Notes: generated by a model not told the origin, from the letters alone. 64,000 nt of DNA from Rickettsiales bacterium (GCA_044237845.1 JBIIEL010000007.1:61-64060), one strand, 5' to 3'; shown: positions 1 through 10,646, counted from the stretch's first letter. Made by a program: numbers and translations.

Positions 1-108
1 AAAGGAAAGCTGAAATCCTCTACCTACACCAAAATCAATAACATGGTTGAGCAGCATCCGGAAGAAACTGCACAAATCTTCCGTCTGTGGCTAAGCGGAA
101 ACAACTAA
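1..108 (+). CDS. fliF: FliF (flagellar MS-ring protein), C-terminal fragment; gene begins upstream of the window
   Basis: Frame is open from base 1 to TAA at 106-108. It translates to ...MVEQHPEETAQIFRLWLSGNN, which resembles the conserved FliG-binding tail of FliF. It sits directly before fliG, as in the canonical order. Confidence 0.55.
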   Translation, partial: KGKLKSSTYTKINNMVEQHPEETAQIFRLWLSGNN

Positions 109-124
109 GTAAAGGCTAACATCT

Positions 125-1159
125 ATGGCAGTTCCCGCAACATCTGAGAAAAAAGAAGATTACCGCAAGCTAACCGGCGCACAAAAAGCCGCGATTGTTC
201 TCATGTCGATCGATGAAGAAAATGCAACAAAAATTCTGACATCGATGAACGATGAGGAAATCAAAGAAATATCAAACACCATGGCCTCGCTTGGCTCGGT
301 GAGCGCCGACATTGTAGAGCGGTTATTTCTAGATCTTGTTGATTCCATGGCCTCCTCTGGCGTGGTGATAGGCACGTTTGATTCCACCGAACGCCTACTA
401 ACTAAGGCCCTCGGCAAAGACCGTGTTGATGGCATTATGGAAGATATCCGTGGCCCCGCCGGTCGCACCACGTGGGATAAACTCGGCAACGTAAATGAGG
501 AGGTGCTCGCGACGTTCCTCAAAAATGAATACCCACAAACCATTGCGTTGGTACTCACCAAAATCAAGCCAGAGCATGCCGCGCGCGTACTCTCGGTATT
601 CTCAGAGGAGCTTTCGCTCGATGTCATCACCCGCATGCTCGGCATGGAATCAGTCAAGAAAGAGGTGCTTGATGGCGTAGAAAAAACGCTTCGCCTCGAA
701 TTCATGAATAACCTCGCCAAAACGCAGCGCCGCGATACGCACGAAACTATGGCCGAAATCTTCAACAACTTCGACCGCGCGACCGAGACCAAATTTATGG
801 CAGTACTCGAACAGAAGAATGCCGAGTCTGCGGAGAAGATCCGTGCACTCATGTTCACCTTCGAAGACCTCAAGAAAGTCCACCCGGCAGGTGTTCAAAC
901 TCTGCTACGCGCGGTACCAAAAGAGAAACTAGGTCTTGCAATGAAAGGTGCATCCGAGGTTATCAAGGAGCTGTTCTTCAAGAATATGTCAGAGCGCGGT
1001 GCAAAATTGCTGCGTGAGGATATGGAGAGCATGGGCCCTGTACGTCTTAAAGATGTTGACGAAGCTCAGATGGCAATCGTCCAGGTGGCAAAAGATCTCG
1101 CCGCGAAGGGCGATATTGTTATCGGCGGTGATTCAGCAGATGATCAGTTGGTATATTAA
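125..1159 (+). CDS. fliG: Flagellar motor switch protein FliG
   Basis: 344 aa. Carries the [10 protein letters not shown] motif and a C-terminal torque-helix region ([28 protein letters not shown]). Position is between fliF and fliH. Confidence 0.92.
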   Translation: MAVPATSEKKEDYRKLTGAQKAAIVLMSIDEENATKILTSMNDEEIKEISNTMASLGSVSADIVERLFLDLVDSMASSGVVIGTFDSTERLLTKALGKDRVDGIMEDIRGPAGRTTWDKLGNVNEEVLATFLKNEYPQTIALVLTKIKPEHAARVLSVFSEELSLDVITRMLGMESVKKEVLDGVEKTLRLEFMNNLAKTQRRDTHETMAEIFNNFDRATETKFMAVLEQKNAESAEKIRALMFTFEDLKKVHPAGVQTLLRAVPKEKLGLAMKGASEVIKELFFKNMSERGAKLLREDMESMGPVRLKDVDEAQMAIVQVAKDLAAKGDIVIGGDSADDQLVY

Positions 1160-1929
1160 TGAGCATGCGTCTACATCGCTATAATTTCGAGAATTTGCGT
1201 GACTTCCGTGCGCCTGTGGTTGCGCCTGCGGTTGAAGAAGAAGTCATTGAGGTGGCGCCGCCGCCGCCACCTGTCTTCAGCCAAAGCGAACTGGATGCAG
1301 CCTGTGCGGCCGCAAAGAAAATGGGTTTTACACAAGGTTTTGACGCTGGAATAGCCCGCGCAGCGGAGCAAGAAGATGCGAAGAAAATCGCCGTCGATGC
1401 GACCATTATGCAGATAGGCGGCATTCTTACTTCACTACATCGGCAATATTACCAGCTCCTGCGCACGGAGTCGGAAGCACTCTCGCAACTAGTACTAATG
1501 ATTGCACAAAAAGTGACTGGTGCGGCACTCGATACACAGGGCGCTGAGTCCATCGCCGCAATGATTGATCAATGCTTACCTGCGGTACTCTCAAAACCAC
1601 GTCTCACGGTGGAATTGCATTCCGGTGCGTTTGAATCGACCATCGACCGCATTGAAACCCTGATGCACACAAACGGATTCGAAGGCGAACTGCAATTTCG
1701 TACCAACGATACACTCGGCCGTTATGACGCGATCCTTGATTGGGGTTCCGGTCAAGCCGAGCGCAACACTGCCACCCTGTGGCAGGAGATTGAATCGTTG
1801 TTAGCCACAGTGCCTGTTAAGCTCGCGTTACCAGAGCTAGAAATAATGGAAGAAGAAATCATCCTACCCGCAGGGGAGGCAAAAGATTTCTCTGATGCCG
1901 CACCACTCGAAACACCGCCAACCACCTAG
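1159..1929 (+). CDS. fliH: Flagellar assembly protein FliH (export ATPase regulator)
   Basis: 256 aa. The start overlaps the fliG stop (TAATG). It has a Pro-rich N-terminus and a FliH-like central/C-terminal region, and lies between fliG and fliN. Confidence 0.65.
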   Translation: MSMRLHRYNFENLRDFRAPVVAPAVEEEVIEVAPPPPPVFSQSELDAACAAAKKMGFTQGFDAGIARAAEQEDAKKIAVDATIMQIGGILTSLHRQYYQLLRTESEALSQLVLMIAQKVTGAALDTQGAESIAAMIDQCLPAVLSKPRLTVELHSGAFESTIDRIETLMHTNGFEGELQFRTNDTLGRYDAILDWGSGQAERNTATLWQEIESLLATVPVKLALPELEIMEEEIILPAGEAKDFSDAAPLETPPTT

Positions 1930-1938
1930 GAGAATCTC

Positions 1939-2226
1939 ATGTCCGACAATGCAACCGCCGTTTTTGCCGAAGCCACTGAAGGCAGCATCACGCTTGAGGC
2001 GGTGAGCGATATTCCCGTACAAATTTCTGTCGTACTCGGTAAAACCAGTATGCAGGTGCAACAACTGCTGAAGCTAGGACGCGGCGCGGTGGTGGAACTT
2101 GACCGCAAAGTAGGCGAACCAGTGGATATCTATGTCAACAACCGCCTGGTCGCACGCGGCGAGGTGGTTGTCGTTGAAGATAAGATCGGTGTCACCATGA
2201 CCGAGATTATCAAGCCGGATAAATAA
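1939..2226 (+). CDS. fliN: Flagellar motor switch protein FliN (SpoA domain)
   Basis: 95 aa. SpoA-type sequence: [54 protein letters not shown]. Confidence 0.88.
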   Translation: MSDNATAVFAEATEGSITLEAVSDIPVQISVVLGKTSMQVQQLLKLGRGAVVELDRKVGEPVDIYVNNRLVARGEVVVVEDKIGVTMTEIIKPDK

Positions 2227-2287
2227 GAAATCATTAAACCACCCCCGCCGCCAGAGAGTGCCGGGGTATAAAACAAAGAGGTGTGCT

Positions 2288-3664
2288 ATGCGTTTATTAA
2301 TTGTTGGTGACTTAGGTGGACAGCTGGGTGCTGCGAGTAAAATTGCGCGCGACCGCGGCGCGAAAGTATCGCAAATCAGCGACATTGACGGTGCGTACCA
2401 GATGCTTTGCGAAGGTCAGGGCGCAGATGTGATTCTGGTGGAGGTACATCAGGATATTGCGCGGTTTGTTACCATGCTCGCACAAGAGCGCATCACCGTG
2501 CCGTTGATCGCCTGCGGTATTGAAATGGATTCCAAAGCCGCTGCGGCCGCCATCCGCGCTGGAGCAAAGGAATATATTCCCCTGCCGCCAGACGAAGAAC
2601 TCATCGCCGCTGTGCTCGAGGCTATCTCTGAAGAAACGCACTCCGTAATTCATGGTTCGGAAGCAATGCGCCGCACCTTGGCAATGGCAGAGCAGGTAGC
2701 GCCATCGGAAGCAAGCGTTCTTATCACAGGTGAATCTGGCACCGGAAAAGAAGTCATAGCGCGTTATATCCACAATAAGAGCGCGCGCGCGTCGAAACCG
2801 TTTATCGCCGTCAACTGTGCCGCAATTCCAGCGAACCTCATGGAGTCTGAACTGTTCGGACATGAAAAGGGTGCATTCACCGGTGCTCTCTCACGTCGCC
2901 TCGGCAAGTTCGAGGAAGCCAATAACGGTACGCTATTGCTTGATGAGATCAGCGAAATGGATGTTAGCCTCCAATCAAAACTGCTGCGCGCAATTCAGGA
3001 GCGCGAGATCGACCGCGTGGGTGGCAGCAAACCAGTAAAAATCAACATCCGCATTTTGGCAACGAGTAACCGCGACCTTGAGGCTGAAGTTCGCCGCGGG
3101 ACCTTCCGCGAAGATTTATATTTCCGCCTCAACGTCATCAGTCTGCACCTGCCGAGCTTGAAAGATCGCCTCGACGATATTCCACCACTCGCGGATTATT
3201 TCATCGAGAAATATTCAAAAGCGAACGGCATGCCGATACGCAAAATTACGCCAGAGGCCATGGATAAACTGAAGTCGCATGGCTGGTCTGGCAACGTGCG
3301 CGAACTCGAAAACATCATGCATCGCGCGGTTCTGATGGCGCAAGGCAACGTCATAGACCAGAACGCGATTCTACTGCCCACACGCAAGGATGCCCCCGCG
3401 GCGAGTGCCGCTCCCGCACCTGCTGCCGCAGCGCCTACAGCTAAGGCACCCGCTGCAAGCGACCCGGCCAAGCGCAATGAACTCGTTGGTCGCACGGTGG
3501 GCGATGTTGAGAAGGAACTGATTCTCGACACACTAAACCATTGCCTTGGGAACCGAACGCAAGCGGCACAAGTACTCGGCATTTCAATTCGCACTCTGCG
3601 TAACAAACTCAATCAATATGGCGAAATGAACACCGCGCCTAAAAGCGGCAGCGGAGGATACTAG
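2288..3664 (+). CDS. flbD: Sigma-54-dependent flagellar transcriptional activator FlbD (atypical receiver + AAA+ + Fis-type HTH)
   Basis: ATG at 2288 follows AAGAGG. Walker [15 protein letters not shown] motif ([10 protein letters not shown]) and a C-terminal HTH ([20 protein letters not shown]). The N-terminus [13 protein letters not shown]... matches my recollection of Caulobacter FlbD. Confidence 0.88.
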   Translation: MRLLIVGDLGGQLGAASKIARDRGAKVSQISDIDGAYQMLCEGQGADVILVEVHQDIARFVTMLAQERITVPLIACGIEMDSKAAAAAIRAGAKEYIPLPPDEELIAAVLEAISEETHSVIHGSEAMRRTLAMAEQVAPSEASVLITGESGTGKEVIARYIHNKSARASKPFIAVNCAAIPANLMESELFGHEKGAFTGALSRRLGKFEEANNGTLLLDEISEMDVSLQSKLLRAIQEREIDRVGGSKPVKINIRILATSNRDLEAEVRRGTFREDLYFRLNVISLHLPSLKDRLDDIPPLADYFIEKYSKANGMPIRKITPEAMDKLKSHGWSGNVRELENIMHRAVLMAQGNVIDQNAILLPTRKDAPAASAAPAPAAAAPTAKAPAASDPAKRNELVGRTVGDVEKELILDTLNHCLGNRTQAAQVLGISIRTLRNKLNQYGEMNTAPKSGSGGY

Positions 3665-3708
3665 GATGCCTCCACAGAATCACTCACCCCGCCTGAAGGA
3701 ATAGCTGA

Positions 3709-5853
3709 ATGGCGCAATTGCCGAGCACTAATTTCGCATCTCTTTTTACCGGCAGCGCCATGCGGGCGGGTGCAAAAAGCGCTTCGAAACGGAGCGATAT
3801 TTTCTTCGCATTAGCGGTGATGGGCATCATTTCGGTGCTGATTCTTCCAGTTAACCCTACTCTGCTTGACCTGCTGCTTGGCGTTTCCATTACGGTTTCT
3901 GTGCTGATTCTGATGACCGCCTTGTTCGTCACCAAGCCGCTTGAACTCTCGTCCTTTCCGACCATTCTTCTCATCTCGACGATGCTGCGCCTCTCGCTTA
4001 ACATCGCCACTACACGACTGATTTTGAGCCACGGGCATGAAGGCCCCTCCGCGGCAGGCCACGTAATCGAGGCATTCGGAGGGTTTGTCACCGGCGGCTC
4101 CGTTCTTATCGGCGCGATCGTATTCGGAATTCTTACCATCATTAACTTCGTGGTGATTACTAAAGGTTCTGGCCGTATCGCCGAGGTTTCTGCCCGCTTC
4201 AGCTTGGATGCGATGCCCGGCAAACAAATGGCCATCGATGCGGATATTTCGTCAGGCCTGCTGACAGAAAAAGAAGCCAAAGCCCGCCGCCGCGAACTCG
4301 AGGATGAGAGCGCCTTTTACGGCTCGATGGACGGTGCAAGCAAGTTCGTGCGTGGGGATGCTATTGCCGGACTTCTCATCACCTTCATCAACCTCATCGG
4401 TGGCATGGTAATCGGCATTGTCGTCAACGATCTCAGCTTTTCGGATGCGGTCGAGACCTACACTAAATTGACCATCGGTGACGGCCTAGTCACGCAAATT
4501 CCCGCACTGATTGTGTCAACCGCTGCAGGTATTCTCGTCACCAAGGCGGGCGTAGATGGATCGGCAGAAAAAGCCGTGCTTGGCCAGTTGTCGCGTATGC
4601 CTGCCCCGCTCGGCATCACTAGCTTTTTACTTTTTTCGTTTGCAGTTCTACCCGGCATTCCGTTTGCTCCATTCATGACACTCGCACTGGTTACCGGCTA
4701 TCTCGCCTTCTACATGCATAAAAATAATGCTCTCAAGAAAACAGTCGAAGCAGCAGGTGGTACGGCAGGCGCACCTGGCGCTGCACCCGGTACGCCTGGC
4801 GCACAGGCGCCCGTCGAAGAAAAAATCAGCGACGCACTGATGCTCGACAGCATTCGCCTCGAACTTGGCTATGGCCTGCTGCCGCTCATCAACTATCAAA
4901 AAGGCCACCGTTTGACGGAGCAGATCAAAGCCCTCCGCAAACAAGTCGCGCGCGAGCTAGGCTTTGTCATGCCGCCAGTGCGGATTCAGGACAACATGCA
5001 GCTGCCTGCAAATGTCTATGTAATTAAGGTGAAAGAAGTCGAAACCGCACGCGGTGAAATTCGCCCAGACATGTTGCTTGTGATGGATCCCGCAGGCAAT
5101 AAAATTACCTTGCCCGGCGAGGAAACAATCGAGCCGACTTTTGGCCTTCCAGCAATGTGGGTGGGTGAGAATTACCGCGAGGAAGCGCTGTTTCGCAACT
5201 ACACGGTAGTCGATCCGCCAACCGTGGTCACCACCCATCTTACCGAAACGGTGAAGGATAATATGGCCGACCTGCTCTCCTATGCTGAGACGCAGAAGCT
5301 GCTCGATGACCTCGGCAAGGAAGAGCAGAAACTCATCTCAGAGACTATCCCATCGCAGATTTCCGTCTCTGGTGTTCAGCGTGTACTGCAAAATCTGCTG
5401 AACGAAATGATCTCGATCCGCGACCTCGCAACCATTATGGAAGCCGTTTCAGAATCTAGCCGCGTCAGCCAGAATGTGGCACTCATTACCGAGCATGTGC
5501 GCATGCGCCTCGCGCGGCAGATCAGCCATCAGGTGACGAACGAAGAAGGCTATATCCCCATCCTCGCTATGTCGCCCGCGTGGGAGCAGAGCTTTGTGGA
5601 GTCGCTGCTCGGCGATGGTGAGGAGCGCACGCTGACCATGCCACCGAGCAAGATTCAGGAATTCATCACCAACGTGCGGCAGAAGTTCGACGAACTGGCT
5701 ATGCAGGGCGAATCTCCTATCCTGCTCACTAGCCCCAGCATTCGCCCCTACGTGCGCTCCATCATTGAGCGTTTCCGACCACAAACATTGGTGTTGAGTC
5801 AGAATGAAATTCACCCCCGCGCACGCATTAAAACAATTGGGATGCTGCAATGA
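3709..5853 (+). CDS. flhA: Flagellar type III export gate protein FlhA
   Basis: 714 aa in the FHIPEP family. N-terminal multi-TM region, the FLDAMPGKQMAIDAD-type motif (SLDAMPGKQMAIDADISSG) and a large cytoplasmic C-terminal domain. Confidence 0.95.
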   Translation: MAQLPSTNFASLFTGSAMRAGAKSASKRSDIFFALAVMGIISVLILPVNPTLLDLLLGVSITVSVLILMTALFVTKPLELSSFPTILLISTMLRLSLNIATTRLILSHGHEGPSAAGHVIEAFGGFVTGGSVLIGAIVFGILTIINFVVITKGSGRIAEVSARFSLDAMPGKQMAIDADISSGLLTEKEAKARRRELEDESAFYGSMDGASKFVRGDAIAGLLITFINLIGGMVIGIVVNDLSFSDAVETYTKLTIGDGLVTQIPALIVSTAAGILVTKAGVDGSAEKAVLGQLSRMPAPLGITSFLLFSFAVLPGIPFAPFMTLALVTGYLAFYMHKNNALKKTVEAAGGTAGAPGAAPGTPGAQAPVEEKISDALMLDSIRLELGYGLLPLINYQKGHRLTEQIKALRKQVARELGFVMPPVRIQDNMQLPANVYVIKVKEVETARGEIRPDMLLVMDPAGNKITLPGEETIEPTFGLPAMWVGENYREEALFRNYTVVDPPTVVTTHLTETVKDNMADLLSYAETQKLLDDLGKEEQKLISETIPSQISVSGVQRVLQNLLNEMISIRDLATIMEAVSESSRVSQNVALITEHVRMRLARQISHQVTNEEGYIPILAMSPAWEQSFVESLLGDGEERTLTMPPSKIQEFITNVRQKFDELAMQGESPILLTSPSIRPYVRSIIERFRPQTLVLSQNEIHPRARIKTIGMLQ

Positions 5854-6890
5854 AAATGAAAAAAATCAGTGCTGTGTCGATGAAGGACGCCATGGAGCTC
5901 GCCCGCCGCGAACTGGGTGAGAATGCGGTGCTTATCGACAGCAAAAAAGCGGCGAACGGTAACGGCATGATTGTTACATTCGCGATCGACGAGCCGGATG
6001 AAATGTTATTCGACGATGCACCGAATTACGCTGATATTCTGCCCTTCTCGCCCGATATTGCCAAGCCTGCCACCTCGAAGGTCGAACTTGCTCATCCTGC
6101 TTATACCCTCATTCGCGACGCGATGGAGTATCACAGCCTGCCTACCGCGCTTGCTGAAAAACTGCTCGGCCACATCATGCGGCAATCGCTAAAACCAGAC
6201 GCGTTAATCGACGTCGCGGAGAATACCCTCGCCACGGCGCTCAAAACCACTATCGCTTTCAAACCATTCGTTACTGCAACAAAAACGCCTCCAGAACGCG
6301 CACTAATGCTTGTTGGCCCACATGGCACAGGAAAAACCTCAACCATCGCAAAACTCGCCACGGAGTTAACGCTGCAAAAACAACCCGTCGTACTCATTAG
6401 CACCGATACCGAGCGCCTCGGCGGGGTGGATGCACTGCATACGCTCGCAGGACTACTGAAATGCGAGGTCGTTGTCAGCGATTCACGTAGACATCTCAAA
6501 AATCTTGTTGCCAAACTTCAGGGCAAGGCGTGGATGTTTGTGGATAGTTCCGGTGCGAATATTTACGAGTTCGCGGGCCTCAAGGCGCTGGGCGAATTCG
6601 CAAGCCTGCAAGGGGTGGAGCCGATTCTCACCTGCCCCGCCGGGATGGACAGCCAGGAAGCCGAGGAAATGGCTGGCGTGTTCCAGTTCCTCACGATTGA
6701 CCGAATGATTATCACACGACTCGACGCCGTGCGCCGCCTGGGCAGCGTCTTCTCGACCCTCACCGCCAGTGGTTACGCGCTGGCGAACTTCACGCATTCC
6801 GCCATTCCCACCGATGCCTGCCAACCCGCTTCTGCAGCGGCGCTGGCGCGCCTCATGCTCCGCCACGCGCGCGAGCGATTGACCCATTAG
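5850..6890 (+). CDS. flhF: Flagellar biosynthesis GTPase FlhF (SRP-type)
   Basis: ATGA overlap with flhA. P-loop GPHGTGKTS and an SRP54-type G domain (DTERLG, DSSG). Position is between flhA and flhG. Confidence 0.8.
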   Translation: MKMKKISAVSMKDAMELARRELGENAVLIDSKKAANGNGMIVTFAIDEPDEMLFDDAPNYADILPFSPDIAKPATSKVELAHPAYTLIRDAMEYHSLPTALAEKLLGHIMRQSLKPDALIDVAENTLATALKTTIAFKPFVTATKTPPERALMLVGPHGTGKTSTIAKLATELTLQKQPVVLISTDTERLGGVDALHTLAGLLKCEVVVSDSRRHLKNLVAKLQGKAWMFVDSSGANIYEFAGLKALGEFASLQGVEPILTCPAGMDSQEAEEMAGVFQFLTIDRMIITRLDAVRRLGSVFSTLTASGYALANFTHSAIPTDACQPASAAALARLMLRHARERLTH

Positions 6891-6899
6891 GAGCCACCC

Positions 6900-7679
6900 A
6901 TGAACGCACCCGCACCCAAAACCAAACCCCTTCGCGGCGAAAATATCATCGCCGTTGCGTCCGGCAAAGGCGGCGTTGGCAAAACATGGTTCTCGATTAC
7001 GCTGGCACATCTCTTCGCCCGCGCGGGGCGCCGCACCTTGCTGTTCGATGGTGATATCGGCCTCGCAAATGTCGACGTACAACTAGGCCTCACTCCACAA
7101 TATGACCTCGGCGCCGTATTCGCCGGACAACGGCTGATGAAAGACGCCATCACCCATTACGAGGCCGGAAAGTTCGACATTCTCGCTGGACGTTCAGGCT
7201 CGACCTCGATGGCCTCTCTCGGCGCGCACCGCATGCAGCCTGCGCTGGAACAACTGGTCGCTCTCGCCGACCAGTATGATTACGTGATTATCGACCTTGG
7301 TGCGGGCATCGAGCAGCATGTGCAGGTCATGTCGGCAATTGCGAGCAAAGTACTGGTGGTGCTGACGGATGAACCCACCTCGCTGACGGATGCGTATGCA
7401 TTTATCAAGCTCTGTATCACGCGCGAGAACCCGCCTGCCGTGCATATTGTTGTAAACCAGGCCGCCTCGCAGAAAGAGGGCGAAGCGGTGTATGGCGCCA
7501 TCAACCGCGCGACGGAGAATTTCCTGAAATATTCCGCCCCTCTGCTCGGCATTGTACGTAAGGATAACAAGGTGAAGGACTCCATACGTTCGCAGTCTTC
7601 CATTATCGAGAAAGCACCGCACACCACTGCAGCGAGCGATGTTGCCGCAATTTCCATCAAGCTGATGACCAAGGAATAA
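6900..7679 (+). CDS. flhG: MinD/ParA-family flagellar number regulator FlhG (FleN/MotR)
   Basis: Deviant Walker A SGKGGVGKT. MinD-like length (259 aa). Follows flhF. Confidence 0.8.
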   Translation: MNAPAPKTKPLRGENIIAVASGKGGVGKTWFSITLAHLFARAGRRTLLFDGDIGLANVDVQLGLTPQYDLGAVFAGQRLMKDAITHYEAGKFDILAGRSGSTSMASLGAHRMQPALEQLVALADQYDYVIIDLGAGIEQHVQVMSAIASKVLVVLTDEPTSLTDAYAFIKLCITRENPPAVHIVVNQAASQKEGEAVYGAINRATENFLKYSAPLLGIVRKDNKVKDSIRSQSSIIEKAPHTTAASDVAAISIKLMTKE

Positions 7680-7695
7680 ACCCATAGGAGCGCGG

Positions 7696-9432
7696 GTGAA
7701 CACGCCGATTACAGCAATCAACCCAATTATAACGATTCAGGCGCTCACGCCACCGACTGCCAATCGCGATGCAGCGGATGTGAATACTATTCTCGCCTCC
7801 ATGGCGGATGGCACAGTGGTCAAAGGCTTTGTCATCAACCGCGACCGCAACAACAACCCTATCCTGCGTACGCCTTATGGCGATGTGCTGGTGCATAGTG
7901 ATATTTTCCTCAAAACCGGCAGTGAAGTGGTATTCCGGGTAGATACCGCGCTTGCCTCGCGCGCACGCATCGTATCGATTGATACGATGACGATCGAAGA
8001 ATATAACGCCGTCGCCATTGCGCAGCCGCTGGCGAAAGACACCATCGAAGCACCGCTCCGCATCGCTGCAAAAACGTTAGAGAACCAGCAAAATCCTGTA
8101 CTACAGGCTGTGGTACTGCAAGCGCTAAAAACCGGTGTAGCACCGCGTGCCGCTGCGGTACCAGCCACACCGCAACCTCCCGTACCTGCAAACCTCGTAC
8201 AACTGCCTTCTGGCACCGCATTGTCGCTTACCATTATGGATGTCAAACTGCCGCCGATGCCGGTGGCGGTGAATACGCTCAACCTGCCTCCCGCGCTCAC
8301 GCAGCTGGTTTCCAGCGCGGCAGGCGCTCAATCTACACCACCTGCTGCCCCAGCCGCACAGACCGCAGCGAATCCCACACCGTCGCCTACGCAGTTCCCC
8401 ACGCCAAACGTCGCCGCCACGGCACTTCCTTATACGCAGGCGAGCAATGCCTACCAGCATTCTGCTACGCCGCCAGTGTTGCCTGTGGCAACGCCAACAC
8501 CACCCAGCGCGCCTACACCTACTACGATTCCCTCAAATGCCGCCGCACCTGCGCCAGTGTTCACCGCCACCGTTATCGGCCATGGCGAGGACGGTGTAAA
8601 CATCCTGCATACACGTTTTGCCACGCTCAAATTATTCACGCCGCAACCTCTGCCCACCGGCACGGTGCTCGACATTCAAGCAGAACCTTCAACCGCCACG
8701 CCGCCTGCAACTCTCACCGTCTTTGCAGATGTTGCCCTTGCCCCATCACTACCGCGCACGGAGTTTGAATATCTCGCGACAGCACTACGACAGCTCTCCA
8801 CCAGCGACCCCACACTGATGCGTGAGGTGATGAGCCAGTTTCCCGCCATAGGCCCAAAATTTGTCAGCGGCCTGTTGTTTTTTATCTCCGCAGTGAAGCA
8901 TGGCAAAGTGCGTGAGCTGATGGGCGTAAAAACCAGTCGCCTCGAAGTACTAGCACCCGAGCTGATAACCCGCCTCAGCAAGGATTTATCCGTGCTTCAG
9001 CAGCAATATGTGGAATCGCCACTGAGCGATTGGAGGCCAATTCCACTACCGCTGATTTTTGGTAGCAGCACAGAGCCAGCGCAACTTTTTATCCGAAAAG
9101 AGCCAGAAGAATCTGCTGGCGGTGTCGAAAGAATCGGCAGCGGCCATCGTTTTTTACTTGATCTACATCTCTCCGAACTCGGCGATATGCAGCTCGATGG
9201 CTTTGTGCGCAGCGAGAAATCGAGCAAATCCTTCGAGCTGGTGCTGCGCTCTGCCGACACGCTGGATAGCACGATCAGCACCGATATCCGCACGATCTTC
9301 AGCGACGCCCTCGCCGCCACGGGGCTACGCGGACAAATCATTTTCCAACAGGGGGCGGAGCGCTTCATTAAGCCTTCCGCCATTGCGGCGGGTGGCGGAA
9401 ATGCGGCTCCCCCGCACACAATCCTTGCCTGA
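7696..9432 (+). CDS. Pro/Ala/Thr-rich protein with a FliK-like (Flg_hook-like) C-terminal region; possible hook-length control protein
   Basis: GTG start follows AGGAGCG. Long low-complexity P/A/T spacer. The C-terminal segment HRFLLDLHLSELGDMQLDGFVRSEKSSKSFELVLRS resembles the L-hP-ELG-V-V pattern of FliK C-domains. Flagellar gene context. Confidence 0.35.
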   Translation: MNTPITAINPIITIQALTPPTANRDAADVNTILASMADGTVVKGFVINRDRNNNPILRTPYGDVLVHSDIFLKTGSEVVFRVDTALASRARIVSIDTMTIEEYNAVAIAQPLAKDTIEAPLRIAAKTLENQQNPVLQAVVLQALKTGVAPRAAAVPATPQPPVPANLVQLPSGTALSLTIMDVKLPPMPVAVNTLNLPPALTQLVSSAAGAQSTPPAAPAAQTAANPTPSPTQFPTPNVAATALPYTQASNAYQHSATPPVLPVATPTPPSAPTPTTIPSNAAAPAPVFTATVIGHGEDGVNILHTRFATLKLFTPQPLPTGTVLDIQAEPSTATPPATLTVFADVALAPSLPRTEFEYLATALRQLSTSDPTLMREVMSQFPAIGPKFVSGLLFFISAVKHGKVRELMGVKTSRLEVLAPELITRLSKDLSVLQQQYVESPLSDWRPIPLPLIFGSSTEPAQLFIRKEPEESAGGVERIGSGHRFLLDLHLSELGDMQLDGFVRSEKSSKSFELVLRSADTLDSTISTDIRTIFSDALAATGLRGQIIFQQGAERFIKPSAIAAGGGNAAPPHTILA

Positions 9433-9455
9433 GCGACCGATCTCCGTTAGGACAG

Positions 9456-10469
9456 GTGCCAATGAACGCACCTGCACGCATGACACAAAAACCCGCCGAC
9501 ATGGCCGCACTGCGCGCGCTGGTGGCGGACGATCTGGCACAGGTCAATCACCTCATTCTCGAACAGGGCCGCAGCGACATCACGCTGATTAACGACCTCG
9601 CGGCGCATATTATTGCGGCGGGTGGCAAGCGTTTGCGCCCCTCGCTCACCCTCGCGGCGGCGAAGCTGTGCGGATACGCGGGCGATCGCCATGTGCGCCT
9701 CGCGGCCTCGGTGGAGTTCATTCACACCGCCACCCTGCTGCATGACGACGTGGTGGATGCGAGCGATCTGCGCCGCGGCACCGCCACCGCCAACGCGGTG
9801 TGGGGCAATAAATCGAGCGTGCTGGTCGGCGATTTCCTGCTCAGCCGCGCGTTTCAGCTCATGGTGGCGGATGGTTCGCTCGATGCGCTCAAAATTCTGT
9901 CGGATGCTTCGGCGGTGATTTCGGCGGGTGAAGTGCATCAGCTGATGGTCAGCCACGACCTTGCCATCACCCAGGCGGTGTATGAGGAAGTGATCTCCGC
10001 CAAAACCGCGGCGCTGTTTGCTGCGGCGTGCGAGCTGGGCGCGGTGGTTTCTGGCCGCCCCGAGTGGCGCGAACCACTGCGGGCTTACGGCCAAGCGCTC
10101 GGCATGGCCTTCCAACTGGTGGATGACGCGCTCGACTACCAAGCCAGCGAGGCCGATCTCGGCAAAGCCATCGGCGACGATTTCCGCGATGGCAAAGTCA
10201 CCCTCCCCGTCATCCTCGCCTATGCTGATGCGACAGCCGAGGAGAAAAAATTCTGGCGAGCTGCGCTCGATGCGGGAGAAGCATTATCACCCGAGAATCT
10301 GACCCGCGCGAAGGAACTCATGTTGAAACACAACAGCTTCGACCGCACACTTCGTGTGGCGAATGAATTTGCTGCGCAGGCTGCAACGGCCCTCGCTCCA
10401 TTCACCGCTTCCCCTGCCAAAGCCGCGATGCTGGAAGCCGCGGAGTTTGCTGTGGGCAGAGGATTCTAA
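9456..10469 (+). CDS. ispB: All-trans polyprenyl (octaprenyl-type) diphosphate synthase
   Basis: 337 aa. Both aspartate-rich motifs are present (LLHDDVVD and FQLVDDALD). An alternative ATG start lies at 9462. Confidence 0.88.
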   Translation: MPMNAPARMTQKPADMAALRALVADDLAQVNHLILEQGRSDITLINDLAAHIIAAGGKRLRPSLTLAAAKLCGYAGDRHVRLAASVEFIHTATLLHDDVVDASDLRRGTATANAVWGNKSSVLVGDFLLSRAFQLMVADGSLDALKILSDASAVISAGEVHQLMVSHDLAITQAVYEEVISAKTAALFAAACELGAVVSGRPEWREPLRAYGQALGMAFQLVDDALDYQASEADLGKAIGDDFRDGKVTLPVILAYADATAEEKKFWRAALDAGEALSPENLTRAKELMLKHNSFDRTLRVANEFAAQAATALAPFTASPAKAAMLEAAEFAVGRGF

Positions 10470-10483
10470 ACAGAAATTCCGCT

Positions 10484-10527
10484 AACACAAAAACCCCCCG
10501 TTCTTGCGAACGAGGGGTTTTCGTGTT
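10484..10527. terminator. Bidirectional rho-independent terminator shared by ispB (+) and the 16S transcript (-)
   Basis: AACACAAAAACCCCCCGTTC-TTGC-GAACGAGGGGTTTTCGTGTT. A GC-rich stem is flanked by an A-run on one side and a T-run on the other, so each strand reads stem plus U-tract. Confidence 0.75.
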
Positions 10528-10624
10528 GCTAACCTTATGGTTATTCTTTTGTTTTTTTATCCCTACGAAAGCAGGGAGATCCTTTCAGTGGATTCCTGCT
10601 TTCGCAGGAATGGCAAAGAAGGAA

Positions 10625-10646
10625 GATACTGTGAAGCGTTTAAGCG
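10625..10646 (-). other. 16S rRNA 3' trailer half of the precursor processing stem
   Basis: The reverse complement of 10625-10646 equals 12434-12457 apart from a 2-nt bulge, giving 11+11 bp. In the minus-strand precursor the trailer therefore pairs with the leader (RNase III-type stem). Confidence 0.7.

Noticed and set aside
8211-8226. TGGCAC-N5-TGTC resembling a sigma-54 -24/-12 promoter.
   Set aside because: The -12 GC is missing at the required spacing and the site is inside the FliK-like coding region. I found no convincing sigma-54 promoter in the window.
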